NCBI GenBank assembly: GCA_963766075.1 | Contig: CAVYAN010000072.1 | Coordinates: forward strand, 190,342-254,341 | Origin: an uncultured cyanobacterium | GTDB taxonomy: Bacteria > Cyanobacteriota > Cyanobacteriia > Leptolyngbyales > Leptolyngbyaceae | Length of the DNA: 64,000 nucleotides | Direction of reading: 5' to 3' | Notes under the pieces: model-generated | Told to the model about the DNA's origin: nothing | The model's database searches: none | Seen by the model: only the letters and a program-made list of their open reading frames with translations | Translations under genes and position numbers: made by a program | Shown here: positions 39,719 to 48,624 of the stretch, one piece after another | Layout: every line of letters begins with the position of its first letter | How positions within the stretch are numbered: the first letter of the stretch is position 1

Positions 39719-42007
39719 ATGTCCCAAGATGCCCAGCCGCCGGAAAAAGACGATAAAGCGCCCTGGAATGACAAACTCGCCGAACTGATAATCCCGATGA
39801 TCCCGAAATTGCTATCTTTTGGGGGGGCGAGCACGCTGACATTCTTCTCATTGCCGAACGTCAGCGAGTTGGCCCGATTTGCGTTGGCGTCAACAATTGG
39901 CGGGGTCGCTACTGCCTTCGTGGAACCGATTATTAAACGCACCAAAAAAGGCTTGGGCCAAGCTGGCGAATCCACCGCCGATGCCCTCGAATCCGCCGCC
40001 CACGCCCTGAGCAATGCGCCGAGCCAAGTCTTTGCCAAAGTCACCGATGCCGAAGCCCGCTATTTGGAAGCGCAGGCCCAGGAATGCCAGCATTGCCGTC
40101 CAGAGGGCGTGGCCAAGTTTGAAGGGATTTTTGCGCCGATGCTGGAGCAGGTGTATGTGCCGTTGGAGCTGGATCGCACAGCGCTGAAGCCGGGATTGAT
40201 GGCACGGCTATTTTGTGCCGATGAATTGACGGGCAAAACACCGGACGGCGAAGAGCCAGCGCCCCTCGACATCTGGAAGCTCCTAGCCCAAACCCAACGC
40301 GACAGCATGTATCGGCGGATTGCGATTTTGGCTTGGGGTGGCTATGGCAAAACCACCTTGCTACGCTATTTGGCCTTGACGTATGGGCGCGACAAGGCTC
40401 CCACCTTACCCAAACTCATACCGATGCTGCTGCTATTGCGCAAATATCGGGCTGACCTCACCCAGGAGAGTCCTCTCAGCCTGCCGGATTTGATTATGCA
40501 AAAGCATGTGCCGGGGCTGCCGCTGCTGGATGGCAAAGAGCTGAAGCTGCCCGCGACTTGGGCCGAAACCACCCTGAAGGCGGGTAAAGCCTTGGTGATG
40601 GTGGATGGGTTTGATGAGGTGCCCACCGCCCAGCGGCCCCTGGTGACGCGCTGGCTGAATGCCCAAATGCGCCGCTACAGCAAATCCACCTTTATTTTGA
40701 CCTCGCGGCCCAAGGCTCACCAGGAGCAAGATCCGGCGGAAACTTTGGATCTGGAAACCATTGTCTGGGTGAAGGACTTTCAGGAAGCGCAGTGGCAAAC
40801 GTTTGTGCGGCAGTGGTATTGGTGCCAGGAATACTATCACCATGGCAAGGAAGACACGCCGGATGTGCGCCAGGAGGCGGAGCGATCGGCCGAGGAACTG
40901 CTGGCGCAAATCGCCGAGCGACAAGAGCTGAAGGACTTGGCCAAGAATCCGCTGTTGCTGAATATGATGGCCACCTTCCATCGGCGGTTTCCCAGTGTGG
41001 AGCTGCCGCGCCGTTCGGTGGAGTTGTACCAGGAAATGTGTTTGTTGCAATTAAGGGATCGCCCCGGTGCGCGGGGATTGGAAAAAGTGTTGGGCCATGA
41101 AGAAGCGCTGGTGATTTTGCAAATGCTGGCGCTGGAGATGATGCAACGCCACGAGGAGCGGATTGGCCAAGGGGAGATATTGCAGCGGTTGGGTGGGTAT
41201 TTGGTGGCGCGATCGGAAACGGTAACGGCGCTGGCGTTGCTCAAGTACATTGAGCAGGTGAGCGAACTGCTGGTGCAACGGGAGCCGGAGGAGTTTGAGT
41301 TTTCCCATTTGAGCTTTCAGGAATATCTGGCGGCGCGGGAAATCCTGCGGTTGCAGCGAACTGACCTGCTGTATGACCAGTTTGGCGAGAGCTGGTGGAA
41401 GGCAACCATCCTGATGGTAGCGGCGCAGATGAATCCGTCGGGCTTGGTGCGGGAAATGCTGGCACGGGATGCCGAGGAGCTGGCCTTTGGGGTGTGCCGG
41501 GATACGACGAAGCGCCTGGATGCGGGGTTAATAGAGCAGGTACAGACGGCACGCTATGCCCGGTTAGAGGCGCTGCTGGCGGCGCAGGAGTGGAAAGAGG
41601 CGGACTTGCAGACCTACCGACTGATGATTACGGCGGTGGGCAAGGAGTGGGGCACTGGCTTTACGCGGCAGGAACTGTTGAACTTTCCCTGCGACGTGCT
41701 ATTGAAGATTGACGGGCTGTGGGTGCAGCACAGCCAGGGCCGGTTTGGCTTCAGCGTGCAGAAGGAAATCTACGTCCGCTGTGGTGGTAAGCTAGACGGC
41801 AACGATCCCAGTTGGGAGGTGTTTGAAAAATTTGCCGATGAAGTGGGCTGGCGAATCAATGGCGAATGGCCGGAACGTTACGCGGACGTCGCGGACCGCG
41901 TCTCTCTTTCCTCTCAAGCAGGAATTTTCCCGTGGGCGTGGTTGTGGTGGCGGGTGGTGGTGGGGTTGTCGGGTCTCTTCTCTCGCATCGAGACTTGTGA
42001 ACTGTAG
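39719..42007 (+). CDS. NACHT NTPase with C-terminal GUN4 domain
   Basis: GGYGKTT, VMVDGFDE, LTSRP, NPLLL, FSHLSFQEYL; GUN4 motifs LEALLAAQEWKEAD and FPCDVLLKIDGLWVQHSQGRFGFSVQKEIY. Confidence 0.9.
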   Translation: MSQDAQPPEKDDKAPWNDKLAELIIPMIPKLLSFGGASTLTFFSLPNVSELARFALASTIGGVATAFVEPIIKRTKKGLGQAGESTADALESAAHALSNAPSQVFAKVTDAEARYLEAQAQECQHCRPEGVAKFEGIFAPMLEQVYVPLELDRTALKPGLMARLFCADELTGKTPDGEEPAPLDIWKLLAQTQRDSMYRRIAILAWGGYGKTTLLRYLALTYGRDKAPTLPKLIPMLLLLRKYRADLTQESPLSLPDLIMQKHVPGLPLLDGKELKLPATWAETTLKAGKALVMVDGFDEVPTAQRPLVTRWLNAQMRRYSKSTFILTSRPKAHQEQDPAETLDLETIVWVKDFQEAQWQTFVRQWYWCQEYYHHGKEDTPDVRQEAERSAEELLAQIAERQELKDLAKNPLLLNMMATFHRRFPSVELPRRSVELYQEMCLLQLRDRPGARGLEKVLGHEEALVILQMLALEMMQRHEERIGQGEILQRLGGYLVARSETVTALALLKYIEQVSELLVQREPEEFEFSHLSFQEYLAAREILRLQRTDLLYDQFGESWWKATILMVAAQMNPSGLVREMLARDAEELAFGVCRDTTKRLDAGLIEQVQTARYARLEALLAAQEWKEADLQTYRLMITAVGKEWGTGFTRQELLNFPCDVLLKIDGLWVQHSQGRFGFSVQKEIYVRCGGKLDGNDPSWEVFEKFADEVGWRINGEWPERYADVADRVSLSSQAGIFPWAWLWWRVVVGLSGLFSRIETCEL

Positions 42008-42104
42008 CACGCGCCAGTCCTAGCCAATTTCAAAGATATGTAAAGTGCCTGTTTCATAGCGTAAAACCATCCTTTCAGCGATCCGTTACCTGGTACCTGG
42101 CCGA

Positions 42105-42965
42105 TTACGGCGGTAGTCGCGGATTTGGACCCTTGGGCGTTAATACTGCTGGTTGGGGTCGGTCTGCTTCGGTGCTCGCTTTAGGGTTGGTCCATCCGGC
42201 GGGAGTGTCGAATTGTAAACACGCAACCTGGGGATCGTAACAATTCGCCATCACAAACTTCTCAGCCACGGTCCGAATTTCTGCCAACGGTGCATCCCAC
42301 TCCGCCCACAGGCTTTGTTGCCCTGGGCTTGGCTTATGCTTCGGTTTGCCTCGCGCCCGGATCTTGGCCAGCAGCTTGCTCCCCCAATGGTTTTTTCGCT
42401 CTGGCTTGGACTTGGGCCGGTAGTTCTGGCAAAATTTGCGATAGGCCGCCGCACAAATTTCCAAGGTTTTGCCCAGCGCCAAAAACGCCGGATGCCATTG
42501 CGTCAGCCCATCATCGGTCAACCGCTCGTAGCTGCCATAGTTGCTAAAGTCATAGAAAAATCCCGTTTGCATTCCCGCTGCTTTGGGGTTGGCATGAATA
42601 TAGCGCAGGGTATTCAGCGCTCGTCGATGGTCGGTATTGGCAAAGGCGGTGCTGTGGTAGCGCTTTTCCCAAAAGTGCCCGGTCCGGTTCAGCATGCGGT
42701 TAAAGCACATCGCCGTGTACCAATTCAGCCAGTGCATAATCTTGGGCAATTCCTCGGGCTGCTGCGGCTCCAACAGGTAATGCACATGGTTGCTCATAAT
42801 GCAGAGGGCATAGAGCTTAAAACCATATTTGGCTTTGCATTGGGCTATGGCATACAGCAACACTTCGCGACAGGCCAACCGCGTCAACCGAAATTCTCGA
42901 TTATTGCAGCGGATTGTGATGTGATAGCAGCATCCAGACGTGAGCTGACGCGGTTGTCGAGTCAT
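42105..42965 (-). mobile_element. Y1 (HUH) tyrosine transposase, IS200/RAYT-like
   Basis: YHITIRCNNRE, HUH motif MSNHVH, GHFWEKRY, YIHANP. No clear element ends recognised. Confidence 0.85.
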
Positions 42966-43007
42966 AGTTTCTCCCGCAACACTAATCTCCTGCTCCTCAG
43001 CGCCGCC

Positions 43008-43121
43008 CAAACCCTCCGCGAAACCCTGATTCAGTACGCCGTGGATACGCAGGATTATACGGGCAGCGATCGCTTCATCGAACTGCTCCGCCCCCGCCGC
43101 CTAGAACTTGGCAGCCCATAG
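43008..43121 (+). repeat. Second gene-tail repeat family, copy 1 (reads QTLRETLIQYAVDTQDYTGSDRFIELLRPRRLELGSP*)
   Basis: Homologous pieces at 43908-43957, 43967-44043 and 44950-45002. Confidence 0.85.
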
Positions 43122-43229
43122 AGTCACAGCCCCACGGGGTGAAGCTGCGGATATTTTTCTGTAAAACCCAGCCTTGGCACACAGTCCCAAGACTTAGCAC
43201 TAAACTAAAAGCAGTTTCACCCAGCCGCC

Positions 43230-43508
43230 ATGCAAGCCTTTGAACTTCCCGCCACAGTCCTGCCCGATGGCACCCTAGAACTGCCGCGCCTGCCTATGGA
43301 CACAGTCTCCCCCAGCGCCATCATCAAAGTCATCGTCCTCGTCAAAGAAGGTCCAGATGCTATCCATCAAGCCGACCCACTCGCCGACCCAGAAGACGAG
43401 CAAAACCTACCCACCGCCGTTGAAAGCTTCCGCCAAGGCTGGGCCGATGTCATAAATGGGCGCACTATCCCGGTTTCCCAACTCTGGGACGGCATCCATG
43501 ACGACTGA
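43230..43508 (+). CDS. Putative antitoxin
   Basis: 92 aa, acidic, ESFRQGWADV..GRTIPVSQLWD; overlaps the RelE-like gene. Confidence 0.75.
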   Translation: MQAFELPATVLPDGTLELPRLPMDTVSPSAIIKVIVLVKEGPDAIHQADPLADPEDEQNLPTAVESFRQGWADVINGRTIPVSQLWDGIHDD

Positions 43509-43851
43509 TCCACAGATTCAAGTTCGCGCCAGCATCGCATTCCAAAAATCTCTCCGTATCCTGGCTAAACGGTACCGCAGCCTGCCCCAGGAAATTGCCA
43601 CCTTGATTGAGCAGTTGCAAGCCGGAGCACTACCCGGCGATAAAATCCCCGGCATTGGCTACGACGTATACAAAGTCAGGATCAGAAATCGAGACACCCA
43701 GAAGGGCAAAAGCGGCGGCTATCGGGTGATTTACTACGTCAAAACCCAAACCAGTCTGCTTTTGGTCACGCTCTATTCCAAATCAGACCAAGCCGATATT
43801 GGCGCTGAAGAAATTCAAAATATTATTGGCAAATCCACTACAGATTTGTGA
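43498..43851 (+). CDS. RelE/ParE/HigB-family toxin
   Basis: YKVRIRNRD.QKGKSGGYRVIYY, LYSKSDQ. Confidence 0.88.
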   Translation: MTTDPQIQVRASIAFQKSLRILAKRYRSLPQEIATLIEQLQAGALPGDKIPGIGYDVYKVRIRNRDTQKGKSGGYRVIYYVKTQTSLLLVTLYSKSDQADIGAEEIQNIIGKSTTDL

Positions 43852-43907
43852 CGTGCGGGTCGTAGCCCCTCGGTTGTATAGGATGGATACCTGGGACACT
43901 GCGCTCG

Positions 43908-44043
43908 GCGATCGCTTTATCGAACTACTGCGCCCGCGCCGCCTGGAGTCGGCTTGATGAAACTCCGCGATCGCACTCAAATCCTCCGCGAAACTCTTAT
44001 TCAGTAAGCCGTGGACACGCAAAACCACACTGTCAGCGATCGC
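43908..44043 (+). repeat. Second repeat family: two HIP1-delimited fragments in swapped order
   Basis: 43908-43957 reads DRFIELLRPRRLESA*; 43967-44043 reads DRTQILRETLIQ*AVDTQNHTVSDR with GCGATCGC at both ends. Confidence 0.85.
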
Positions 44044-44089
44044 GCCCTCTAGTAGTACAATTAGCCTAATATTTTCCTGTTCCCACCCC

Positions 44090-44878
44090 ATGCGCCGCGA
44101 CGCAATCTTCTACCAAATCTTCCAGCGCTTCCCCAGCCTTCTCTTTGAACTCGTCGATCACCCACCCCCAGACGCCCAGCGCTACCGCTTCGAGTCCGTC
44201 GAAGTCAAAGAATCCTCCTTTCGCATTGATGGCGTATTTCTGCCCCCCGACGATGCGATCGCCAAAACCGTCTTCTTCGCCGAAATTCAGTTTCAGAAAG
44301 ACGACGACCTCTACCACCGGTTCTTCTGTGAGACCTTCCTGTACCTCTATCGCAACCGGACGCTGTACACCGACTGGCAAGGCGTGGTGATTTTTCCCTC
44401 CCGCAGCCTAGAACCCGAAAACATCACCATGCATCGCACGCTGCTGGCCAGTACTCAAGTGCAGCGGATTTATCTCGATGAATTAGCCCATTCCGACCAA
44501 CAACCCATCGGCATCCGCTTAATGCAGTTAACGATCGCCTCCGAAGCCGACGCGATCGCCCAAGCCAGACACCTGATCGAACGCGTGCAGCAGGAATCGC
44601 CCGCAAGCCCGCTGAAAACCGAGATAATAGATATCATCACGACGATCGCCGTCTACAAATTTGCCAACCTGAGTCGAGAGGACGTGGAAGCCATGCTAGG
44701 TCTAAAATTAGAGGAAACGAGAGTCTACCAGGAAGCCAAAGCCGAAGGTGAGCGCAGCAACAAGGTCAAAATGATTCCTAAGTTGTTGGCACGAGGACTC
44801 AGTATTGAAGAAATCGCAGAAATGGTTGAACTGACCGTTGAAGAGGTTCAGCAGATTAGCCAACAGCAATCCTCCTGA
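44090..44878 (+). CDS. Rpn family recombination-promoting nuclease / putative transposase (DUF2887-like)
   Basis: MRRDAIFYQIFQ, F.SVEVKE..FRIDGVF, EIQFQKD, LEETRVYQEAK. Confidence 0.85.
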   Translation: MRRDAIFYQIFQRFPSLLFELVDHPPPDAQRYRFESVEVKESSFRIDGVFLPPDDAIAKTVFFAEIQFQKDDDLYHRFFCETFLYLYRNRTLYTDWQGVVIFPSRSLEPENITMHRTLLASTQVQRIYLDELAHSDQQPIGIRLMQLTIASEADAIAQARHLIERVQQESPASPLKTEIIDIITTIAVYKFANLSREDVEAMLGLKLEETRVYQEAKAEGERSNKVKMIPKLLARGLSIEEIAEMVELTVEEVQQISQQQSS

Positions 44879-44949
44879 CTGTCCCTGCAACCTTAACGCC
44901 AGTGTCTCGCCATTCCTTGCCCGATCGCCCAATTGACGCGTTCTTGACA

Positions 44950-45002
44950 GCGATCGCACTCAAACCCTCCACGAAACCCTGATTCAGGATGTTGTAGATA
45001 CA
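44950..45002 (+). repeat. Second repeat family, distal fragment (DRTQTLHETLIQDVVDT)
   Basis: GCGATCGCACTCAAACCCTCCACGAAACCCTGATTCAGGATGTTGTAGATAC. Confidence 0.8.
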
Positions 45003-45196
45003 ACTAAATCGGACCTTAGGCGTGAGGGCGACAACCAAGGCGTGGAATGGGAAAAGTCCGTTGTAAAATCTGCTCCATAAATAGGCTAAACCTGAGATCC
45101 AAAACTGACTAGACCCTAACCGCGATCGCCCCAGAAGCATCCCTCCATGCCCAAATTTCGTTCAAAATCCCGCGCCCGGTCGCTGTTGCCCTGGGT

Positions 45197-46723
45197 GTGG
45201 CGATCGTCCTCATCGGCTGCGCCGCCCGTTTCCAGAGGCGATTGGGTCGAGGCCCGAGCTTAGCGGCGGCAGAGCCTCAACCGTTGACTCCTCTCCCCGT
45301 GGCCCTCTATGGGTGGATGGGGAGCTTTGCGGTGCTCCTGCTGGCCTTCAGTGGGTTTCGCCACGCCTCGTTTAACTCCACCGCCTATGACTTAGGCATT
45401 TTTGATCAAGCGGCGTACCTGATTAGCCAAGGGCTGTCACCGATTTCTTCCTACATGGGCTACCACATCCTCGGTGATCATGCGGCGCTGGTGTGGTACC
45501 CGATCGCTCTGCTCTATCGACTTTATCCCACCGTGTACTGGTTGTTGGGCGTGCAGGCGATTGCCCTAGCCGCTGGTAGCATTCCGGCCTACCGCTTAGG
45601 ACAACAGGCAGGGTTGTCGCTCTCGCGATCGTTGGCCGTGGCGATTGCTTACCTCCTTTACCCCGTCGTTTTCAACGCCAACCTATTCGACTTCCATCCT
45701 GATGTCCTGGCAATTCCCCTCCTACTCCAAGCCCTCGTGGAAGTCCAGCGCCGCCCCGGTCCCAGCAACCAATCACGGGGGCACGTCGGGGCGGAGTGGC
45801 GATTTGGCCTTTGCCTGATGGGCATTCTGGCCTGCAAGGCGGCGTTGGCCCTAACGGTGATCGGCTTCGGGGTGTGGTTGGCGTTGGCAAAGCGCTGGCG
45901 GTTAGCCCTGCTGGCGCTGATCACCGGGGCGGTGTGGTTTTGGGTCGCGAGTCAGTGGATTGTGCCCAGTTTTAGTGGCCAAGAGGCCGGGGCCGTGGGG
46001 CGCTACAGCTACCTGGGCGATTCCGTGGTGGGAATTGCCAAAACCCTAGTCACTCAGCCCCAGCGGATCCTGCGCGTGCTCTTCAGTAGCGACAATTTGG
46101 GTTACCTGGTGTTGGTGTTTGCGCCGGTGGGGTGGGCACTCAGCCCACCGGGGTTGCGAGCGCTGGTGGGGGCAATCCCCTGCTTGGGCCTGAATTTGCT
46201 GGCCGATTACGATTTGCAAAAGGATGTGATTCATCATTACACGTTGCCCGCATTACCGTTTTTGGTATTGATGGGGGTGACAACTTTGGCCCACGGGCGG
46301 GGTTGGGTGCAGTCGCGCCGGGGAATTGTGATCTGGGCCATGGTGGGGTTTGTCGCCCTCGCGAAGTTTACCTATGTGGGCGATCGCTATTGGCCTACCC
46401 TGGATACTTGGCAGGCCAGTCAAGGGGCGATCGCCCGAGTGGATGATAGCGCTCGCGTATTAGCGACTACGGCCATCGCCGCCCACCTCAGTCATCGCCC
46501 CCAGATCCAGGCTATCACCAACGGCATGCCCCTGACCGCTAGCACCTATGGCCTTTATGATGCGATCGCGGTTAATGCGCGTCATCCCGGCGTTCAAACC
46601 AGCCGGGAAACGATTCAACACCTGCTAGCAGCCCTGAAGACTGATCCAGCCTTCACTCCAGTCTATGCCCAATCCGAGGTTTATCTGTTTCAGCGTCGCG
46701 ATCGGGAAACGCCTCGGAGATAG
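45197..46723 (+). CDS. DUF2079 membrane protein (start uncertain)
   Basis: AYDLGIFDQ, LGDH, NLFDFHP, many TM helices. Confidence 0.8.
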   Translation: MAIVLIGCAARFQRRLGRGPSLAAAEPQPLTPLPVALYGWMGSFAVLLLAFSGFRHASFNSTAYDLGIFDQAAYLISQGLSPISSYMGYHILGDHAALVWYPIALLYRLYPTVYWLLGVQAIALAAGSIPAYRLGQQAGLSLSRSLAVAIAYLLYPVVFNANLFDFHPDVLAIPLLLQALVEVQRRPGPSNQSRGHVGAEWRFGLCLMGILACKAALALTVIGFGVWLALAKRWRLALLALITGAVWFWVASQWIVPSFSGQEAGAVGRYSYLGDSVVGIAKTLVTQPQRILRVLFSSDNLGYLVLVFAPVGWALSPPGLRALVGAIPCLGLNLLADYDLQKDVIHHYTLPALPFLVLMGVTTLAHGRGWVQSRRGIVIWAMVGFVALAKFTYVGDRYWPTLDTWQASQGAIARVDDSARVLATTAIAAHLSHRPQIQAITNGMPLTASTYGLYDAIAVNARHPGVQTSRETIQHLLAALKTDPAFTPVYAQSEVYLFQRRDRETPRR

Positions 46724-46801
46724 AGTACTGGGGATGAGCCTCGGGGATTATAGTGACACTATCGGCAAAATTATCGGCAAATGATAGGACCGATGCGTAA
46801 T

Positions 46802-48254
46802 ATGAAACCACCTGCCATTGTGATTCTAGGGGAAGCCAGTGGGCCGATCGCCCGCCAAATTCAAGCCCACCTGCCGGGAGCGATCGTCCATGGCCTCGTT
46901 GATCGCACTCACTCTGCCGATGTCACCTATGTTAAATTTGGCGATGCCCTGCGAGAACTCTATGCTGCGGGTACCCCGATTATTGGAATTTGTGCCGCCG
47001 GGATCTCTGATTCGGACCCTGGCCCCCATCCTGTCGGATAAGCGGGCAGAGCCACCCCTGATTGCTGTGGCCGAAGATGGCAGTGCCGTCGTTCCCCTTT
47101 TGGGTGGCCTGACCGGGGCCAATGATTTAGCCCAGGCGATCGCCAACATTCTCGCCATTGTTCCCGCCATTACTGCCACAGGACAACTGCGCTTTAACGT
47201 GGTGTTAGAAGCGCCCCCGGCTGGATATATCCTCACCAATCCCGAACATGCGAAATCCTTCACCGCTGATCTGCTCTCGGGAACAACCGTTAGACTCAGC
47301 GGTGACGCACCCTGGCTCCGTCAAAGTAACATTCCGTTCACGCCCAATGGCAACCATTGCATTGAAGTAACGACACAACCAATATCAGGAAATGCCACCC
47401 ATCTGGTCTATCATTCTGTTCCAATTTTGGAACAAAGCACGCCCGATACTAAGCCGCTAGTCAGCGATCCTTTAGGCAGTCTTGCGATTATCGGCACAGG
47501 TCCAGGCTCCGCCGACTGGCTTACCCCAGAAGTCAAAGCCATCTTGCAGCAGGCCACGGATATAGTCGGCTACCAGACCTATATCAATCTCGTGAAAGCT
47601 TACACCCACGGGAAGCAGTGCCATGCCTCCGATAATCGGGTGGAACTCGATCGCGCACGGCACGCCCTGAATCTAGCTGCTGCTGGCCGCTCCGTGGTGG
47701 TGGTGTCCTCTGGGGATCCGGGCATTTTTGCGATGGCGGCAGCGGTGTTTGAAGTGCTAGACCATGATGCCAAACCAGAATGGCAGGGGATTGACATTCG
47801 CGTGGCCCCCGGCATCTCGGCCATGCAAGCGGCGGCGGCGGCGGTGGGTGCCCCCCTAGGTCACGACTTCTGTGCTATTTCTCTGTCGGATATTCTGAAA
47901 CCGTGGCCTCTGATTGCCCAACGGATTGCGGCGGCAGCGGCGGCGGATTTTGTCATGGCGTTCTATAATCCGATTTCCTCGCAGCGGACCTGGCAACTGG
48001 GGGCTGCCAAGGAAATTTTGCAGCAGTGGCGATCGCCCGCCACTCCCGTGGTTCTAGCGAGGAATCTGGGCAGGGTAGGCCAAACTGTTCAGGTCGTCAG
48101 CCTTGGAGACTTTGCTCCGGAACAGGCAGACATGCGGACGGTTATTCTGGTTGGCTCTAGCCAAACCCGTACCATTCCTCGACCGGATGGCAGCGTCTGG
48201 GTGTATACGCCCCGCACGGCCCCGCCTAAACCTGAGGCGGCTACATCGCCTTGA
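46802..48254 (+). CDS. cobJ: CbiG-N fused precorrin-3B C17-methyltransferase (frameshift ~47000)
   Basis: IIGICAAG, PLLGGLTGAN, GTGPG, VSSGDPGIFAMA, LGHDFCAISLSD.LKPW, YTPR. Confidence 0.88.
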
Positions 48255-48350
48255 TTTTGGCGGCATCCCTTAGTTGCATTAACCTATATTTATTAATTTA
48301 TGTTAAGTTCTAGGAGTAACCGCTAGACATAAATCGAGGTTTAAGCGCTC

Positions 48351-48512
48351 ATGGTTAATTCCACTACCAAGTCAGCACCGACAGGCAAGTTTGGGTTCAC
48401 GGAATTCGCTGAAACGTTGAATGGTCGTTTGGCGATGTTGGGGTTTGCGATCGGTTTGGCTACCGAATTGATGACTGGCCACGGCATTCTGGCGCAAATT
48501 GGCTTGATGTAA
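48351..48512 (+). CDS. hli: High-light-inducible protein (one-helix CAB/ELIP/HLIP); missing from the ORF track
   Basis: MVNSTTKSAPTGKFGFTEFAETLNGRLAMLGFAIGLATELMTGHGILAQIGLM*, with the ExxNGRxAM motif and a GAGG RBS. Confidence 0.93.
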   Translation: MVNSTTKSAPTGKFGFTEFAETLNGRLAMLGFAIGLATELMTGHGILAQIGLM

Positions 48513-48547
48513 TCGATGGGTCTGGCATGGAACATCATTGGGTAATT

Positions 48548-48575
48548 GGGGTATGGGCAACCATGCCCCTTTTTT
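48548..48575 (+). terminator. Rho-independent terminator after hli
   Basis: GGGGTATGG-GCAA-CCATGCCCC-TTTTTT. Confidence 0.75.
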
Positions 48576-48624
48576 ATGGCCCAGATCCCGGGGATTTTTA
48601 GAAATCCTCGGGATCTTGACCGGG

